From assembly GCA_030390025.1 (NCBI GenBank), contig CM059433.1, positions 3,224,001-3,288,000 of the forward strand: a stretch of DNA of 64,000 bases, given 5' to 3'. Positions 62,231 to 64,000 of this stretch are shown here, piece by piece. Positions within the stretch are counted from its first letter, which is position 1; every line of letters starts with the position of its first letter. The translations under genes were made by a program, and so were the position numbers. The notes under the pieces were generated by a model. The model saw nothing but the letters and a program-made list of their open reading frames with translations. It was not told the DNA's origin and made no database searches. This stretch comes from Squalus acanthias. Taxonomy: Eukaryota.

Positions 62231-63571
62231 GAATTCTGGGAAAGAGTAACAGAGGCTGAAAGGGATCCAGAGGAAATCAGGCTAGCAGGATGAGACTATT
62301 AAAATGTTTAGTTTGAAAGGTGGGAGAAGCTAAATTGAGTTGGTTAGGTAACTGAAAACAATAGTGCAATTCTCTTATTAATGTGAGAAGTGTTAACAGA
62401 TAGACAGCACATGTCATAACAAAATCCCATCAAGCCTAGCTGTACAGAATAATGAAAATGATCCAATTTCTACAAGCTATTGTAGTGCAATAGAATAGGG
62501 GGCTAATGTTGCATGAATGTTACATCTCTACTGTTTTGTTTTACTTTTAACTAGAAATGAATGGGGTGAAGCCATTGTCAATGTAGCTAATTACAGACTA
62601 GTAAATACTGTTAAGCGCAGAACCTTAAGACCGGGATTGTGTGTTACAAGTGATCGGAAAGAGCTGGAAAGTTTTTGGTGCAAAGTGTTTCATTTCAATT
62701 TGGTTATGGAAGAAGGATGCAGCATTGAGATAAATGTGCCTTACAATGACTCACACATATACCTGTATACTGGGAACCATATCATTTTTGGATGATTGTG
62801 ACATTTTACAAATGAAACAGCAGTTTCTACAGCTAAATGGAAATGTCAATTGAAAGCATTTGAATTTTCTCACATTTTAAACAGAATACTTTTTGTGAGG
62901 AAACCAATTTATTTCATGACGGTTTGATTATATTTCTAGTGAATCTATTAAAATTGTCCCAGATACTTATTTTCTTCAGTAACCAAAAGTTGATTAAATT
63001 CTGCTGTGAAATGTTTTCATCCATGTTGTGCCAAGCAACAATAACATCATTTTAAATGCTTGTTAAATACCGCATAGCTAATGTGAGCTGTCCTTGAAAG
63101 CCACTGAAAATAGAAGATAAATAGATTCAATTAGAGTTGTGCATGGAGCCAGCCTTGGCTGCTTTGAAGTCTGTGCATGCATTTTAAGAACATCAGAACA
63201 TAAGAAATAGGAGCAGGAGTCGGCCACTTGGCCCCTCGAACCAATCATTCATTGGGGAGTAGAATGGAGCTGTGTATTTTGCACTTGTTATTCCAGGAGA
63301 CGCACAGTCCAAATCTGACACATCAACTTGGGACAAAATTGTTTTGGTAAGTGCCTGTTTCCTTGATAAACTGACAGTGCTCAATTTGTCTCGAAACAAG
63401 CACTTGGCAAACACAGATTGCCGTGTCAGTCCTGGCTCCTTTATCCTTCAGTCGGTGTCCCTTTTTTGTGCCACTAACATGACCTGATACCTGACTGTCT
63501 TGCATCCACGGTTCACCGCCATGTCCCACTCCCTCGAATTACCACCACCTTTAGCTCTGCCTGGCTATCAT

Positions 63572-64000
63572 AAGAACATAAGAAATAGGAGCAGCAATAG
63601 GCCACTTGGCCCCTCGAGCCTGCTCTGCCATTCAATAAGATCATGGCTGATCTTGGGCTCAAAGCCACTTCCCTGCCCGCTCCCCATAACCCTTCACTCC
63701 CTCATCTTGCAAAAATCTGTCTATCTCCACTTTAAATGTATTTAATGACCCAGCCTCCACGGCTCTCTGGGGCAGAGAATTCCACAGATTTACGACCCTC
63801 TGAGAGAAGAAATTCCTCCTCATCTCAGTTCTGAAAGGGCAACCCTTTATTCTGAAGCTATGCCCCCGAGTTCTAGATTTCCCCACGAGGGGAAACATCC
63901 TCTCTGCATCGACCTTGTCGAGCCCCCTCAGTATCTTATATGTTTCAATAAGATCCCTTCTCATTCTTCTAAACTCCAATGAGTATAGGCCCAACCTGCT
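63572..64000 (-). mobile_element. CR1 LINE 3' end
   Basis: GLYSLEFRRMRRDLIETYK...FFSQRVVNLWNSLP; tail. Confidence 0.88.

Noticed and set aside
62517..62795. 92-aa ORF in unique AT-rich DNA
   Set aside because: No recognisable domain
63297..63346. 50-nt candidate exon with good splice sites (GDAQSKSDTSTWDKIVL)
   Set aside because: Too short to assign, no partner exons; needs RNA-seq

Overview
Eukaryotic, transposon-saturated vertebrate DNA, most likely a cartilaginous fish (inferred from HE1-type V-SINEs, Deu-domain SINEs, and CR1, L2, RTE, Penelope and Harbinger elements). No host gene can be called with confidence. The dominant feature is an apparently very young 9.4-kb LTR element at 19363-28748. 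It has two 1662-bp TG...CA LTRs, a 4-bp TSD (GGAG), an 18-nt tRNA-Arg-type PBS and a PPT, but no protease, RT, RNase H or integrase. It encodes (i) a Gag with a coiled coil, an overlapping PSAP/PPxY late domain and a CCHC knuckle; (ii) an in-frame 393-codon non-enzymatic ORF in the pol position, reached through a UGA-CUAG stop followed by a long stem-loop (likely programmed readthrough); and (iii) an intact 783-aa Env with an Ig-like domain ahead of a paramyxo/pneumovirus-F-like fusion protein, as described for lokiretroviruses. A diverged solo LTR of the same family lies at 35681-37349 (minus strand, TSD ATTA). The rest is nested TE debris, including Penelope copies with minimal hammerhead ribozymes and Harbinger elements with Myb-like and DDE genes. 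All calls are by eye; family assignments need database confirmation.
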